A stretch of DNA of 64,000 nt from an uncultured virus (IMG/VR IMGVR_UViG_3300007956_000001) (taxonomy: Duplodnaviria > Heunggongvirae > Uroviricota > Caudoviricetes). Positions 56,136 through 63,782 of this stretch are shown piece by piece. The DNA lies in IMG/VR virus record IMGVR_UViG_3300007956_000001, positions 1-64,000 of that record. The stretch is one strand, 5' to 3'. The notes under the pieces were generated by a model, which searched no databases, was not told where the DNA came from, and saw only the letters and a program-made list of their open reading frames with translations. How positions within the stretch are numbered: position 1 is the stretch's first letter; every line of letters begins with the position of its first letter. The translations under genes were made by a program, and so were the position numbers.

Positions 56136-56176
56136 AATGTCCTTAGATAAATAGTCAGAGGACTTTTTGTATTCAT

Positions 56177-56992
56177 ATGCTTGAAGAAGGAAGAAAGAGA
56201 GATAAAGCAGCAAATGCTGTTCTAGGATTAGCATTTGCTGCTAATGCTGCATCTTCACCGGAAGCAATGTTACGTTCTGGTCATGTTGAGGCACCTGGGT
56301 ATCAACTCATGTCTAGAATGATGCGAAAAAGAAAGGAAGCAGATAGAAATCTTGATAATGAAAGAGTCTCTAAAGGATCAAGAAATAGAAAGGTAAAGAA
56401 AGAACAAAAAACATTTAATTCATTTGTAATTGAAGCGCAAAAGCATTTTCCATCTAGAGCAGAATTAGAGAAGCATCATAGTGGTATTCCTGATGGAATG
56501 TATGCAAATAATGCAGGAAGCACCGAAAATCCTAAGTGGAGACTAAAACCAAAGTCTGGTGGTGCGAAAGAACGTTCTGCTAGAAAGGAAAGAATACAAG
56601 GTCTTAGTTCATCTGAGCAAAGAGATAAAGCAGAAAGAAAGACAGCAAAGATAAAGAAAAGAGGATATGAAGCACATCATATTACTCCAACACATCACTC
56701 TGCTAAATTGAAGTCTTCAATGAGTGATTCAGAGTGGAAAGAAAGAGTGAATAGGGATAAGAAGATTGGTGTTTATCATGGACATCAACCTAGAAATTTA
56801 ATGGCAACAAAGAAGTCTACCGACTCCAAAGAAAAGAAAGGTGTCTATCATAGAAAAGGTGGAGCACATGAAATTGAAGGCAAAGTAAAAGATCTTGTTT
56901 CTGGAGTGGGAAGCAAAGAAAGTGCAATTTCTCATAGAGATTTACTTAATGCTGCACTCAGAAAGCAAAGAAAACAGAACCAAGATAAATAA
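56177..56992 (+). CDS. Basic protein with internal capsid-targeting-like motif and HNH-like domain
   Basis: KTFNSFVIEA; EAHHITP...GHQPRNL...H; ATAAATA at 56147-56153. Confidence 0.55.
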   Translation: MLEEGRKRDKAANAVLGLAFAANAASSPEAMLRSGHVEAPGYQLMSRMMRKRKEADRNLDNERVSKGSRNRKVKKEQKTFNSFVIEAQKHFPSRAELEKHHSGIPDGMYANNAGSTENPKWRLKPKSGGAKERSARKERIQGLSSSEQRDKAERKTAKIKKRGYEAHHITPTHHSAKLKSSMSDSEWKERVNRDKKIGVYHGHQPRNLMATKKSTDSKEKKGVYHRKGGAHEIEGKVKDLVSGVGSKESAISHRDLLNAALRKQRKQNQDK

Positions 56993-57009
56993 AAATAAAA
57001 GTGCGAGAA

Positions 57010-58482
57010 ATGAAGACTTTTAATCAATTTTTGGATAAGTCATATCTCTCAGAGATGCGTAAGGAAGATAAGGTAAAAGGTGAGAAAAGGACACCTCTTT
57101 ATCAAACTTTAAGTAAAAAGCATATTACTAAAGATGATGAAGGAAAGTGGAAAGTAAAGAAGTCTGAGAAGAAAGCACTCTCCATGAAAGCAGCAATGGG
57201 GAGAATGAAACAGGCTATGGATAATCCTACCAATCCATATTCCCGTGGTACTGAGAGGATTCCTGGAACCCGTAGACATCTTCATGGTGGTGGTGGATCT
57301 GGTGCAAGAGAAGAAGGTCTCGCAAGAGGAAAGAAAAAAGTAAAAGGTGAGAAGAAGGAAAGAGCATGGAATGATGCACCAACTCCTGCACAGAAAGTTA
57401 AGGCTAAAAGAGATGCAGCAGATAAAACGAATAGGTCTTATTATGGTGGAGGATCTAGAAGAATGTATGAGGGTTATGATAAACCCGATGAGAAACTGAA
57501 GACTGATAGGGATATGTTTAATGTTCCTAAAGATGAGCAGGATTCAGCAAAAGCACGACTTCTTGCAAAAGCAAAGAAGATGAGAGAAAAAAAAAAGTTA
57601 ACTGAGGGTAGTGAAGCAAAATCTTGCCCTGATGGGAAGTATTGGTGTTTTGATGATGAAAAGTGCAAAAAGATTCCAAAAGGGTATTCAATAGGACGTG
57701 GTGGATATCTTTCAAGGGAAGATGATGATGATGATGTCGAAGTTAATGACATGGGTGATGGTGGAGGTGATGGTGGAGGACTGGGTGAAAGTAATATTCA
57801 GGAGATTGCACCTATTGCTCTTGGTGCTTTAGCATTAAAAGGTATTGGTGCGGGATTGGCAGGATATTCTGCTTATAGTGCGGGAAAGAATTTACAAAAA
57901 GGAAATTATGGTGCTGCTGCTTTAGATGCTCTTGGTGCTATTCCTGGTGTTGGTATATTTGGCAAAGGAGCAAAAGTAGCAAAGGGAGCAAGAGCAGCAA
58001 GAAATGCAGGAAGAGTAAATTCAGTATCTAAGGCAGCAAGAACTGGCAAAAATGCAAATAAAGCAAAAAAAATAACTGGAGTAAAGAGAAATGTTCTTGG
58101 TAATGTAGCATCTAATGCTCTTAATAAGATTACTAATAACTCCGGTTCTGATAATTCCCCATCTAAAAAATATGGTGCTAGTGCTAAAGATATGGATGCA
58201 CCTGATAGTAAAGATGCATTGGAAAAGTATAGAAAGATGATTGCTAAGAAAAAGCAAGAGACTAATGTAGATGAAAATTATAATCATTCTAATTGGAGAG
58301 ATGATTTCTCTGCATTGGAAGTTGAAAGTTTTGACATTATCAAAGCAGAACCTCTAACACCATCAAAAGGTATTGGTAGTGACATGCTTGATGAAAAGTG
58401 TTGGCCAGGTTATACTAAAAAAGGTATGAAAACTATGTTTGGGAAAAAGTATCCAAACTGTGTTAAGAAGAAAAGTAAATAA
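57010..58482 (+). CDS. Putative internal head polyprotein
   Basis: Starts MKTFNQFL; several (I/L)-x-E sites; small Cys modules; ATAAATA at 56985-56991. Confidence 0.6.
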   Translation: MKTFNQFLDKSYLSEMRKEDKVKGEKRTPLYQTLSKKHITKDDEGKWKVKKSEKKALSMKAAMGRMKQAMDNPTNPYSRGTERIPGTRRHLHGGGGSGAREEGLARGKKKVKGEKKERAWNDAPTPAQKVKAKRDAADKTNRSYYGGGSRRMYEGYDKPDEKLKTDRDMFNVPKDEQDSAKARLLAKAKKMREKKKLTEGSEAKSCPDGKYWCFDDEKCKKIPKGYSIGRGGYLSREDDDDDVEVNDMGDGGGDGGGLGESNIQEIAPIALGALALKGIGAGLAGYSAYSAGKNLQKGNYGAAALDALGAIPGVGIFGKGAKVAKGARAARNAGRVNSVSKAARTGKNANKAKKITGVKRNVLGNVASNALNKITNNSGSDNSPSKKYGASAKDMDAPDSKDALEKYRKMIAKKKQETNVDENYNHSNWRDDFSALEVESFDIIKAEPLTPSKGIGSDMLDEKCWPGYTKKGMKTMFGKKYPNCVKKKSK

Positions 58483-58500
58483 ATAAAAGTAAAAAGTAAG

Positions 58501-58659
58501 ATGAAACCAACTCCAAAGGAAGCAAAGAAAATTCATGAGCACTACGAAGTTGTAGTAGAACATCTTATTAAAGAAGGATATTCTACGGATAAAGAGGGTG
58601 CTGATAGAGTTATTGAGGGTATGAGTGACATGTGGTTTAATCTTATTGTTGGAGAATAA
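58501..58659 (+). CDS. Small protein of the L-x-x-EGY family (52 aa)
   Basis: Manual translation ...HLIKEGYSTDKEGADRVIEGMSDMWFNLIVGE*; ATAAATA at 58479-58485. Confidence 0.65.
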   Translation: MKPTPKEAKKIHEHYEVVVEHLIKEGYSTDKEGADRVIEGMSDMWFNLIVGE

Positions 58660-58661
58660 AA

Positions 58662-59150
58662 ATGAATTCACAAGACTTGCGTAATATTTGCGAAGCATAT
58701 ACTAATGTATATGAACCAAAAGAACTTACCGAACAAGAATACTGTGATGTAATTATTTTTGAATATCTGATTAGTGAAGGTTATGTAGATACTGATGATG
58801 ATGCATTAGTCATTATGTCTACTATGAGTGAAGAGTGGAGACAGAGCATTCTTGAAGCAGAAGTTCTTGCGATGAAGGGGGGTGTTCCTGGTTCTGTAAA
58901 AGTTAAACCAGCATTGAGTATTCCTGGAACTAGCATTGGTATTGGACCAAAAAGACCAGTTCCTGGAACCTTTACGACTACAACTCCAGAACAAAGATCA
59001 AAAATTAAATCTGGTAATACACATATTGACCGTGGTATCTATAAACAACCAAGAAAGGGTGCAGGACCAACATACAATGAAAGAAGCAGATATAACTCAG
59101 AGTTAACTAGACAAAATAAACATTCTGCTCCTGGGATGAGAGAGTGGTGA
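58662..59150 (+). CDS. L-x-x-EGY family protein with basic C-terminal region
   Basis: YLISEGY...ALVIMSTMSEEWRQSILE. Confidence 0.65.
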   Translation: MNSQDLRNICEAYTNVYEPKELTEQEYCDVIIFEYLISEGYVDTDDDALVIMSTMSEEWRQSILEAEVLAMKGGVPGSVKVKPALSIPGTSIGIGPKRPVPGTFTTTTPEQRSKIKSGNTHIDRGIYKQPRKGAGPTYNERSRYNSELTRQNKHSAPGMREW

Positions 59151-59240
59151 TTATCCACTCCTCAAACCGTCCCCAAGACCGTGCCAAGACCCCTGATGGG
59201 TGCTATGATTACAGAGTAATCAACAAAGGGGTCGCACCTA

Positions 59241-59471
59241 ATGAACGTCATCGAGTTCACCAATTCTTCTGCCGTTGCTAAAGTTGGTATCGACCAAGGA
59301 GAGTCTCAAGTTGGTGTTGCTTTTACGTCTAATCCCGAAAAATACTATATGTTCCAATGTGATAATGTTGATGGATTTGTTGAGAGTCTGAATAAGACTG
59401 TCTCCGAAGAGGAGAGTGTTGGGAAGTTTATTTCTCAACTGCGTAAAGAGGGTACTTTGACTGCTGTCTGA
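59241..59471 (+). CDS. KTSC-like small protein
   Basis: SSAV..V...V.VAF...Y.F...SVGKFI..LR pattern; early-type promoter upstream. Confidence 0.5.
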   Translation: MNVIEFTNSSAVAKVGIDQGESQVGVAFTSNPEKYYMFQCDNVDGFVESLNKTVSEEESVGKFISQLRKEGTLTAV

Positions 59472-59475
59472 ACAC

Positions 59476-59504
59476 TTGACATCCTAGGGGTTATCCTCTA
59501 GGAT
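59476..59504 (+). promoter_or_regulatory. Sigma70 promoter for the tRNA/ncRNA unit
   Basis: TTGACA-17 bp-TAGGAT; inverted repeat ACATCCTAG/CTAGGATGT overlaps both boxes. Confidence 0.7.
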
Positions 59505-59512
59505 GTTCTTAT

Positions 59513-59584
59513 GGGACTATCGCATATTGGTTAATGCCCACTGCTTATAACGGTGTGAACCGGGTTCAATTCCCGGTAGTCCTA
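59513..59584 (+). tRNA. tRNA-Ile(TAT)
   Basis: Acceptor GGGACTA/TAGTCCT, anticodon arm CACTG-CTTATAA-CGGTG, T-arm CCGGG-TTCAATT-CCCGG. Confidence 0.9.
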
Positions 59585-59586
59585 CT

Positions 59587-59744
59587 TAGGAACTTGAGAC
59601 GTTCCAACCAAAGGTGCCACCCAGAATGATGGATGGAACTAACTCCCTTTGGATGTTCGCAGTGGTTTTGCGTCCTACTCCATTACAAACTGTCAGTATA
59701 CTGGGTGTAATGCCCACATAGCATACGGATAAGTGTAATGTCTT
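59587..59744 (+). ncRNA. Structured ncRNA between tRNAs (candidate manA-type motif)
   Basis: Stems GGAAC/GTTCC, CCAAAGG/CCTTTGG, CGCA/TGCG, CATTACA/TGTAATG, TGGG/CCCA. Confidence 0.65.
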
Positions 59745-59828
59745 GCGAGTATGGCGGAATCGGTAGACGCACCAGACTTAAAATCTGTTGAGAGCAATCT
59801 CGTGGGAGTTCAAGTCTCCCTACTCGCA
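59745..59828 (+). tRNA. tRNA-Leu(TAA)
   Basis: Acceptor GCGAGTA/TACTCGC, anticodon loop CTTAAAA, long variable arm. Confidence 0.95.
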
Positions 59829-59844
59829 CTTTGTTCATCTTATT

Positions 59845-60426
59845 ATGATTACTACAGAACAGTTCAAAGAAATCTGTGAGACTCAGATTGATTGGAACAA
59901 AGTATTTGGAACATTTCGAGATGTTTCTGAAGACCCTGGTCTGAAGAGTAATTCTGATAACTTCTTTCGTTCAAAGGCATTTGAACTTGCAGTATCTTGT
60001 TTTTCACCATTTAAGTATGTTGATGAAGATGGTGTAGACTTCCACATGGATTACAATGGGGAAACTATTCGTATCGAGCAAAAAGCACTAAAAGGTTTCT
60101 TTTATGGAAATGGTAAGTGTAAACAAGTGAAGATGAAGAATTACCGAGGAGATACAAGTGAATCAACATTTAATCGGTATAAGACAGAGAATAAGTTTGA
60201 CTTCGTTATGATTATTGATTACAAGAATTATAAGGTTGCTGTTGCTTCCCGTGAAGTTGCACAGAGTTGCTACATAAGCAAGGGTGATGGTGTTTTCTCT
60301 ATTTTCACTCCAAAAGATATGACAACTTTGAACATTGATTTGGATTATTTCTCATTACCATCTTCAAATGTTCGATTGTCCGAAACAGTCAACAGCACAA
60401 TTGTAAATTGGATTAGGAGTAGGTAA
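59845..60426 (+). CDS. Putative PD-(D/E)xK endonuclease (restriction-enzyme-like)
   Basis: FE...GVDF...RIEQK...FDFVMIID; start moved to ATG 59845, after the tRNA. Confidence 0.55.
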   Translation: MITTEQFKEICETQIDWNKVFGTFRDVSEDPGLKSNSDNFFRSKAFELAVSCFSPFKYVDEDGVDFHMDYNGETIRIEQKALKGFFYGNGKCKQVKMKNYRGDTSESTFNRYKTENKFDFVMIIDYKNYKVAVASREVAQSCYISKGDGVFSIFTPKDMTTLNIDLDYFSLPSSNVRLSETVNSTIVNWIRSR

Positions 60427-60600
60427 GTGTTAAATGTATTAATGAATGTAATAAAATTGTATATTGCTTCTGCACGTTGGGGTAATCTAACTATTGAAGA
60501 CGCTGAATTAATTTGTAAATCACCATTTGGCAAAGTAATGGGTGCATGTTATATTAGAAGTACAAGATTATCTCTATGGAGTTGTAATACTTTAGAATGA
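60427..60600 (+). CDS. Small hypothetical protein
   Basis: Open frame (GTG 60427 or ATG 60442) with ATGA overlap into dam. Confidence 0.4.
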   Translation: MLNVLMNVIKLYIASARWGNLTIEDAELICKSPFGKVMGACYIRSTRLSLWSCNTLE

Positions 60601-61439
60601 AGCAATTTCCACTTAAAACTTGTTTACGATATCCGGGTGGTAAAAGTAAAGCATTGAAAACTCTTGCACCTTGGTTTCCCTCTGACTTCAAAGAGTTTAG
60701 GGAACCATTCTTGGGTGGTGGTAGTATTTCATTGCTTGTAAGTCAGAATTATACTAAGACACCTATTTGGGTGAATGACAAATATTTTTACTTATATAAT
60801 TTCTGGGTACAACTTCGTGATAATGGATTGGCATTATCAGAAAAGTTGAGGAGTATCAAAGAAGAAGTAAATGGTGACGATGAAGCACATAAAGAGTTGT
60901 TCAAACAATATCAGAGTGATATTGAAACTCTAGAACCATTTGACCAAGCAGTTGCTTTCTTCGTGATGAATAAGTGTTCTTATTCTGGTTTGACTGAAAA
61001 CTCCACGTTTTCTGTTCAAGCATCACGTTCTAACTTTTCTTTGGTTGGTATTGATAAACTTCCAAAGTATTCTTATATTATCAGAGATTGGAAAATAACT
61101 AATATTGATTATGCAGAAGTGATGAATGCTCCTGGAGAAAATGCATTTATTTTTCTTGACCCTCCATACGATATTAAAGATTTCCTATATGGTACTGGTC
61201 GCAAACTTCATTCTTCTTTTAGTCATGAGAGGTTTGCTGATGATGTTGATTCATGTCCACATCGATTCATGATTACTTACAATGTAAATGAGTGGTTGCT
61301 GAATCGATATAAAGAGTATAACTTGAATGAGTGGAAACTTCGTTATTCCATGGTTCATAGAGGACAAAAGGGTACTAACGACAATGTGAAAACAGAATTG
61401 CTAGTCACTAACTATAATCTTCAAGACCTGACATTATAA
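60597..61439 (+). CDS. dam: DNA adenine methyltransferase (Dam/D12 family)
   Basis: RYPGGKS, EPFLGGGS, FLDPPY, ELLVTNY. Confidence 0.93.
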   Translation: MKQFPLKTCLRYPGGKSKALKTLAPWFPSDFKEFREPFLGGGSISLLVSQNYTKTPIWVNDKYFYLYNFWVQLRDNGLALSEKLRSIKEEVNGDDEAHKELFKQYQSDIETLEPFDQAVAFFVMNKCSYSGLTENSTFSVQASRSNFSLVGIDKLPKYSYIIRDWKITNIDYAEVMNAPGENAFIFLDPPYDIKDFLYGTGRKLHSSFSHERFADDVDSCPHRFMITYNVNEWLLNRYKEYNLNEWKLRYSMVHRGQKGTNDNVKTELLVTNYNLQDLTL

Positions 61440-61469
61440 ATAAAAATATTCAGGCAGTTTTAAATAGAC

Positions 61470-61901
61470 ATGAAATCCCAAGATTTAACAAATTTAAGAG
61501 AACTAACTAACGGAATCCTTTCTGAGTCTACTCAAGGACAAGAAAGTTTCATGAATAGTTGGCCCTATACTGCTCCTTACTTAAGTGAAGAAGCACATGT
61601 AGAAGAATATGCTTCTGAAGTAGAAACTGAAGTTACGGAAGAATCAAATTTGTTTGATGTAATATCTGGATTCCTAGTTTCTGAAGGTTATTCTGAACAA
61701 GAATCACTTGAAATGATGGCAATTATGACCGAAGAACAAAAAGACATAATTATTGAATTTATTGCTGCACCAGCAGGATCACCTATTGATAGACATAGTA
61801 GAGGTATATCAAAATATGATAAGAGAAGTGAAAGAAGAATAAGAATGGATAACTTTGCTGCTAAAAGAACGAAGATGTTAAATCAACCCAAGACACCCTG
61901 A
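61470..61901 (+). CDS. L-x-x-EGY family protein, putative internal head protein
   Basis: FLVSEGY...MMAIMTEE..DIIIE; TATAAATA at 61435-61442. Confidence 0.6.
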   Translation: MKSQDLTNLRELTNGILSESTQGQESFMNSWPYTAPYLSEEAHVEEYASEVETEVTEESNLFDVISGFLVSEGYSEQESLEMMAIMTEEQKDIIIEFIAAPAGSPIDRHSRGISKYDKRSERRIRMDNFAAKRTKMLNQPKTP

Positions 61902-61936
61902 AAACTAATTAATCTATATAAAAATTATTCTTTATC

Positions 61937-62623
61937 ATGGCTATTTTTAATTGGTTTTCTATTCCAATATATGAAAAATCTCTTCTTCCACCAGAACAGG
62001 TAGAAGAAGAGATGTTGTTTTATATGAGAGAATATGATAGTAATGTATACTCTCTTGAAAAAAATAAACAAAGGAAAAATATAACAGGTGATACTGACGG
62101 CAATGCTGATATTGCTAATTTAAGAGAATTTTCTTGGTTAGTTGAAGAAGTTTCAAGAGGAGCAACAGAATATTTGAAAGAGTTGAATGTCGATATGGAT
62201 AATGTTGACTTATTTGTGCAAAAATCTTGGCCAGTTGTTTGCTCAACTGATGGTGGTAATGTGTCCTCACATAGACATCTTAATTCCCATCTTAGTTGTG
62301 TATATTATATTCAAAAAGAATGCAGTAAAGAAGCAGGTGGGTCATTAAGATTTTGGATGCCAGATAATCATCCATTGAATACTCTTCCTGTGCGATTTAA
62401 GGATGGTTGTAGGACAGATTTATCAACAAATTTTATTGATTATGATTTTTCTAAAAATATGTTGATTATATTTCCTTCAATGTTATCGCATGAAGTTACT
62501 AGGTATGTTTCCAACATACCTAGATACTCTGTTTCTTTTGATATTATCATTTGCAGTAAAATGAATACAGTTGAAAATGATGAGATGGTCTGTGCTAATC
62601 CATTTAGGTGGAAGAAAATTTAA
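61937..62623 (+). CDS. 2OG-Fe(II) oxygenase-like protein
   Basis: KSW...HRH.NSHLSCVYY...IIFPSML.HEV...RYSVSFD. Confidence 0.85.
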   Translation: MAIFNWFSIPIYEKSLLPPEQVEEEMLFYMREYDSNVYSLEKNKQRKNITGDTDGNADIANLREFSWLVEEVSRGATEYLKELNVDMDNVDLFVQKSWPVVCSTDGGNVSSHRHLNSHLSCVYYIQKECSKEAGGSLRFWMPDNHPLNTLPVRFKDGCRTDLSTNFIDYDFSKNMLIIFPSMLSHEVTRYVSNIPRYSVSFDIIICSKMNTVENDEMVCANPFRWKKI

Positions 62624-62651
62624 AAAATTATTATATCAGAGTTCAAATTTT

Positions 62652-62680
62652 TTGACATAATACACTATATCATGTATTAT
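62652..62680 (+). promoter_or_regulatory. Sigma70 promoter for tRNA-Ser
   Basis: TTGACA-17 bp-TATTAT. Confidence 0.7.
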
Positions 62681-62689
62681 AGTAAACAT

Positions 62690-62774
62690 GGAGAGGTGGT
62701 CGAGTGGTTTATGGCACTGGTCTTGAAAACCAGCGATGTGAAAGCATCCGTGGGTTCAAATCCCACTCTCTCCG
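62690..62774 (+). tRNA. tRNA-Ser(TGA)
   Basis: Acceptor GGAGAGG/TCTCTCC, anticodon loop CTTGAAA, long variable arm. Confidence 0.95.
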
Positions 62775-62803
62775 TTGACAATTAAAACCTATTTTGGTAT
62801 AAT
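62775..62803 (+). promoter_or_regulatory. Consensus sigma70 promoter for tRNA-Val and tRNA-Pro
   Basis: TTGACA-17 bp-TATAAT with TGn. Confidence 0.85.
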
Positions 62804-62812
62804 TGTTTTATC

Positions 62813-62884
62813 GGGTGAATAACTCAGAGGTAGAGTGTCTCCTTTACACGGAGGTTGTCGGGGGTTCGATCCCCTCTTCACCCA
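62813..62884 (+). tRNA. tRNA-Val(TAC)
   Basis: Acceptor GGGTGAA/TTCACCC, anticodon loop TTTACAC. Confidence 0.95.
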
Positions 62885-62887
62885 TTT

Positions 62888-62961
62888 CGGAATGTAGCTC
62901 AGTTTGGTAGAGCACTCGCTTTGGGAGCGAGATGTCGCAGGTTCAAATCCTGTCATTCCGA
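62888..62961 (+). tRNA. tRNA-Pro(TGG)
   Basis: Acceptor CGGAATG/CATTCCG, anticodon loop TTTGGGA. Confidence 0.95.
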
Positions 62962-63000
62962 CTTCCTCTATATAGAGGAACAAATATAATATATAACTTT

Positions 63001-63171
63001 ATGAAAATAAATTTATGGTACTGTACTGACATGGGTCAGTGGAGATGGACTCTTACCACTGATGAAGAAAGTACTCCAGTAAAAATGGAATCAGGTCAAA
63101 GACCTTTTCTTAAAGATGCCATGAACGATGTTGCTATTACAGTTGAATACTTATTGAACTATAAAAATTAG
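63001..63171 (+). CDS. Conserved small hypothetical protein
   Basis: MKINLWYC..M.QWRWTL...ESGQR. Confidence 0.65.
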   Translation: MKINLWYCTDMGQWRWTLTTDEESTPVKMESGQRPFLKDAMNDVAITVEYLLNYKN

Positions 63172-63179
63172 CATTTCAA

Positions 63180-63251
63180 TCCTCTTTAGCTCAGAGGTAG
63201 AGCGAACGACTGTTAATCGTTTGGTCCCTGGTTCGATCCCAGGAAGGGGAG
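63180..63251 (+). tRNA. tRNA-Asn(GTT)
   Basis: Acceptor TCCTCTT/AAGGGGA, anticodon loop CTGTTAA. Confidence 0.95.
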
Positions 63252-63254
63252 TTT

Positions 63255-63336
63255 GTCGATGTGGTGGAATTGGTAGACACGCAAGGTTTAGGTTCTTGTG
63301 TCGCAAGACGTGAAGGTTCAAGTCCTTTCATCGACA
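63255..63336 (+). tRNA. tRNA-Leu(TAG)
   Basis: Acceptor GTCGATG/CATCGAC, anticodon loop TTTAGGT, variable arm. Confidence 0.93.
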
Positions 63337-63360
63337 TTGTAGTTTTAATTACTACAAATT

Positions 63361-63537
63361 ATGGATAAAAAAATTTATGTGGTTACATGGACTAATCATA
63401 TTGTTGGTCAAGTGAAACCAGAAGACATTAAATGTTTTGATAATCGTGAAATAGCAATTACTTTTGCTAAACTCATGACTAATGAATATAATTACGTTAA
63501 TACATTTGAAGATTATGCCTCAAACTGGAACCAGTGA
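63361..63537 (+). CDS. Small hypothetical protein (58 aa)
   Basis: Manual translation MDKKIYVVTWTNHIVGQV...*. Confidence 0.55.
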   Translation: MDKKIYVVTWTNHIVGQVKPEDIKCFDNREIAITFAKLMTNEYNYVNTFEDYASNWNQ

Positions 63538-63715
63538 ATATGATTTTGGTGGTCTTGAAAGACATCCTGTCAATGTATTAAGATTAATTAGTGAGTTGGA
63601 GGGGTCATCTCAACTATGTAAATACATGGGGTTTAAGGATGATATGGATACTATTAATGAAATAAAGAAGAGATATTATAAATTATATTTTAAATTAAAA
63701 AAAGAGGGGAATTAA
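63515..63715 (+). CDS. Small hypothetical protein
   Basis: MPQTG...LRLISELEGS.Q..KYMGF..D; stop lies inside tRNA-Ala. Confidence 0.6.
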   Translation: MPQTGTSEYDFGGLERHPVNVLRLISELEGSSQLCKYMGFKDDMDTINEIKKRYYKLYFKLKKEGN

Positions 63716-63778
63716 CTCAGTTGGTAGAGTGCAACCTTTGCAAGGTTGAAGTCAGGAGTTCGAGTCTCCTATTCTCCA
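63706..63778 (+). tRNA. tRNA-Ala(TGC)
   Basis: Acceptor GGGGAAT/ATTCTCC with G3:U70, anticodon loop TTTGCAA. Confidence 0.95.
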
Positions 63779-63782
63779 TTTT

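Noticed and set aside
62789..62983. Minus-strand ORF and the extended starts at 32074, 59788 and 62932
   Set aside because: They overlap clear tRNA genes; downstream ATGs give better starts
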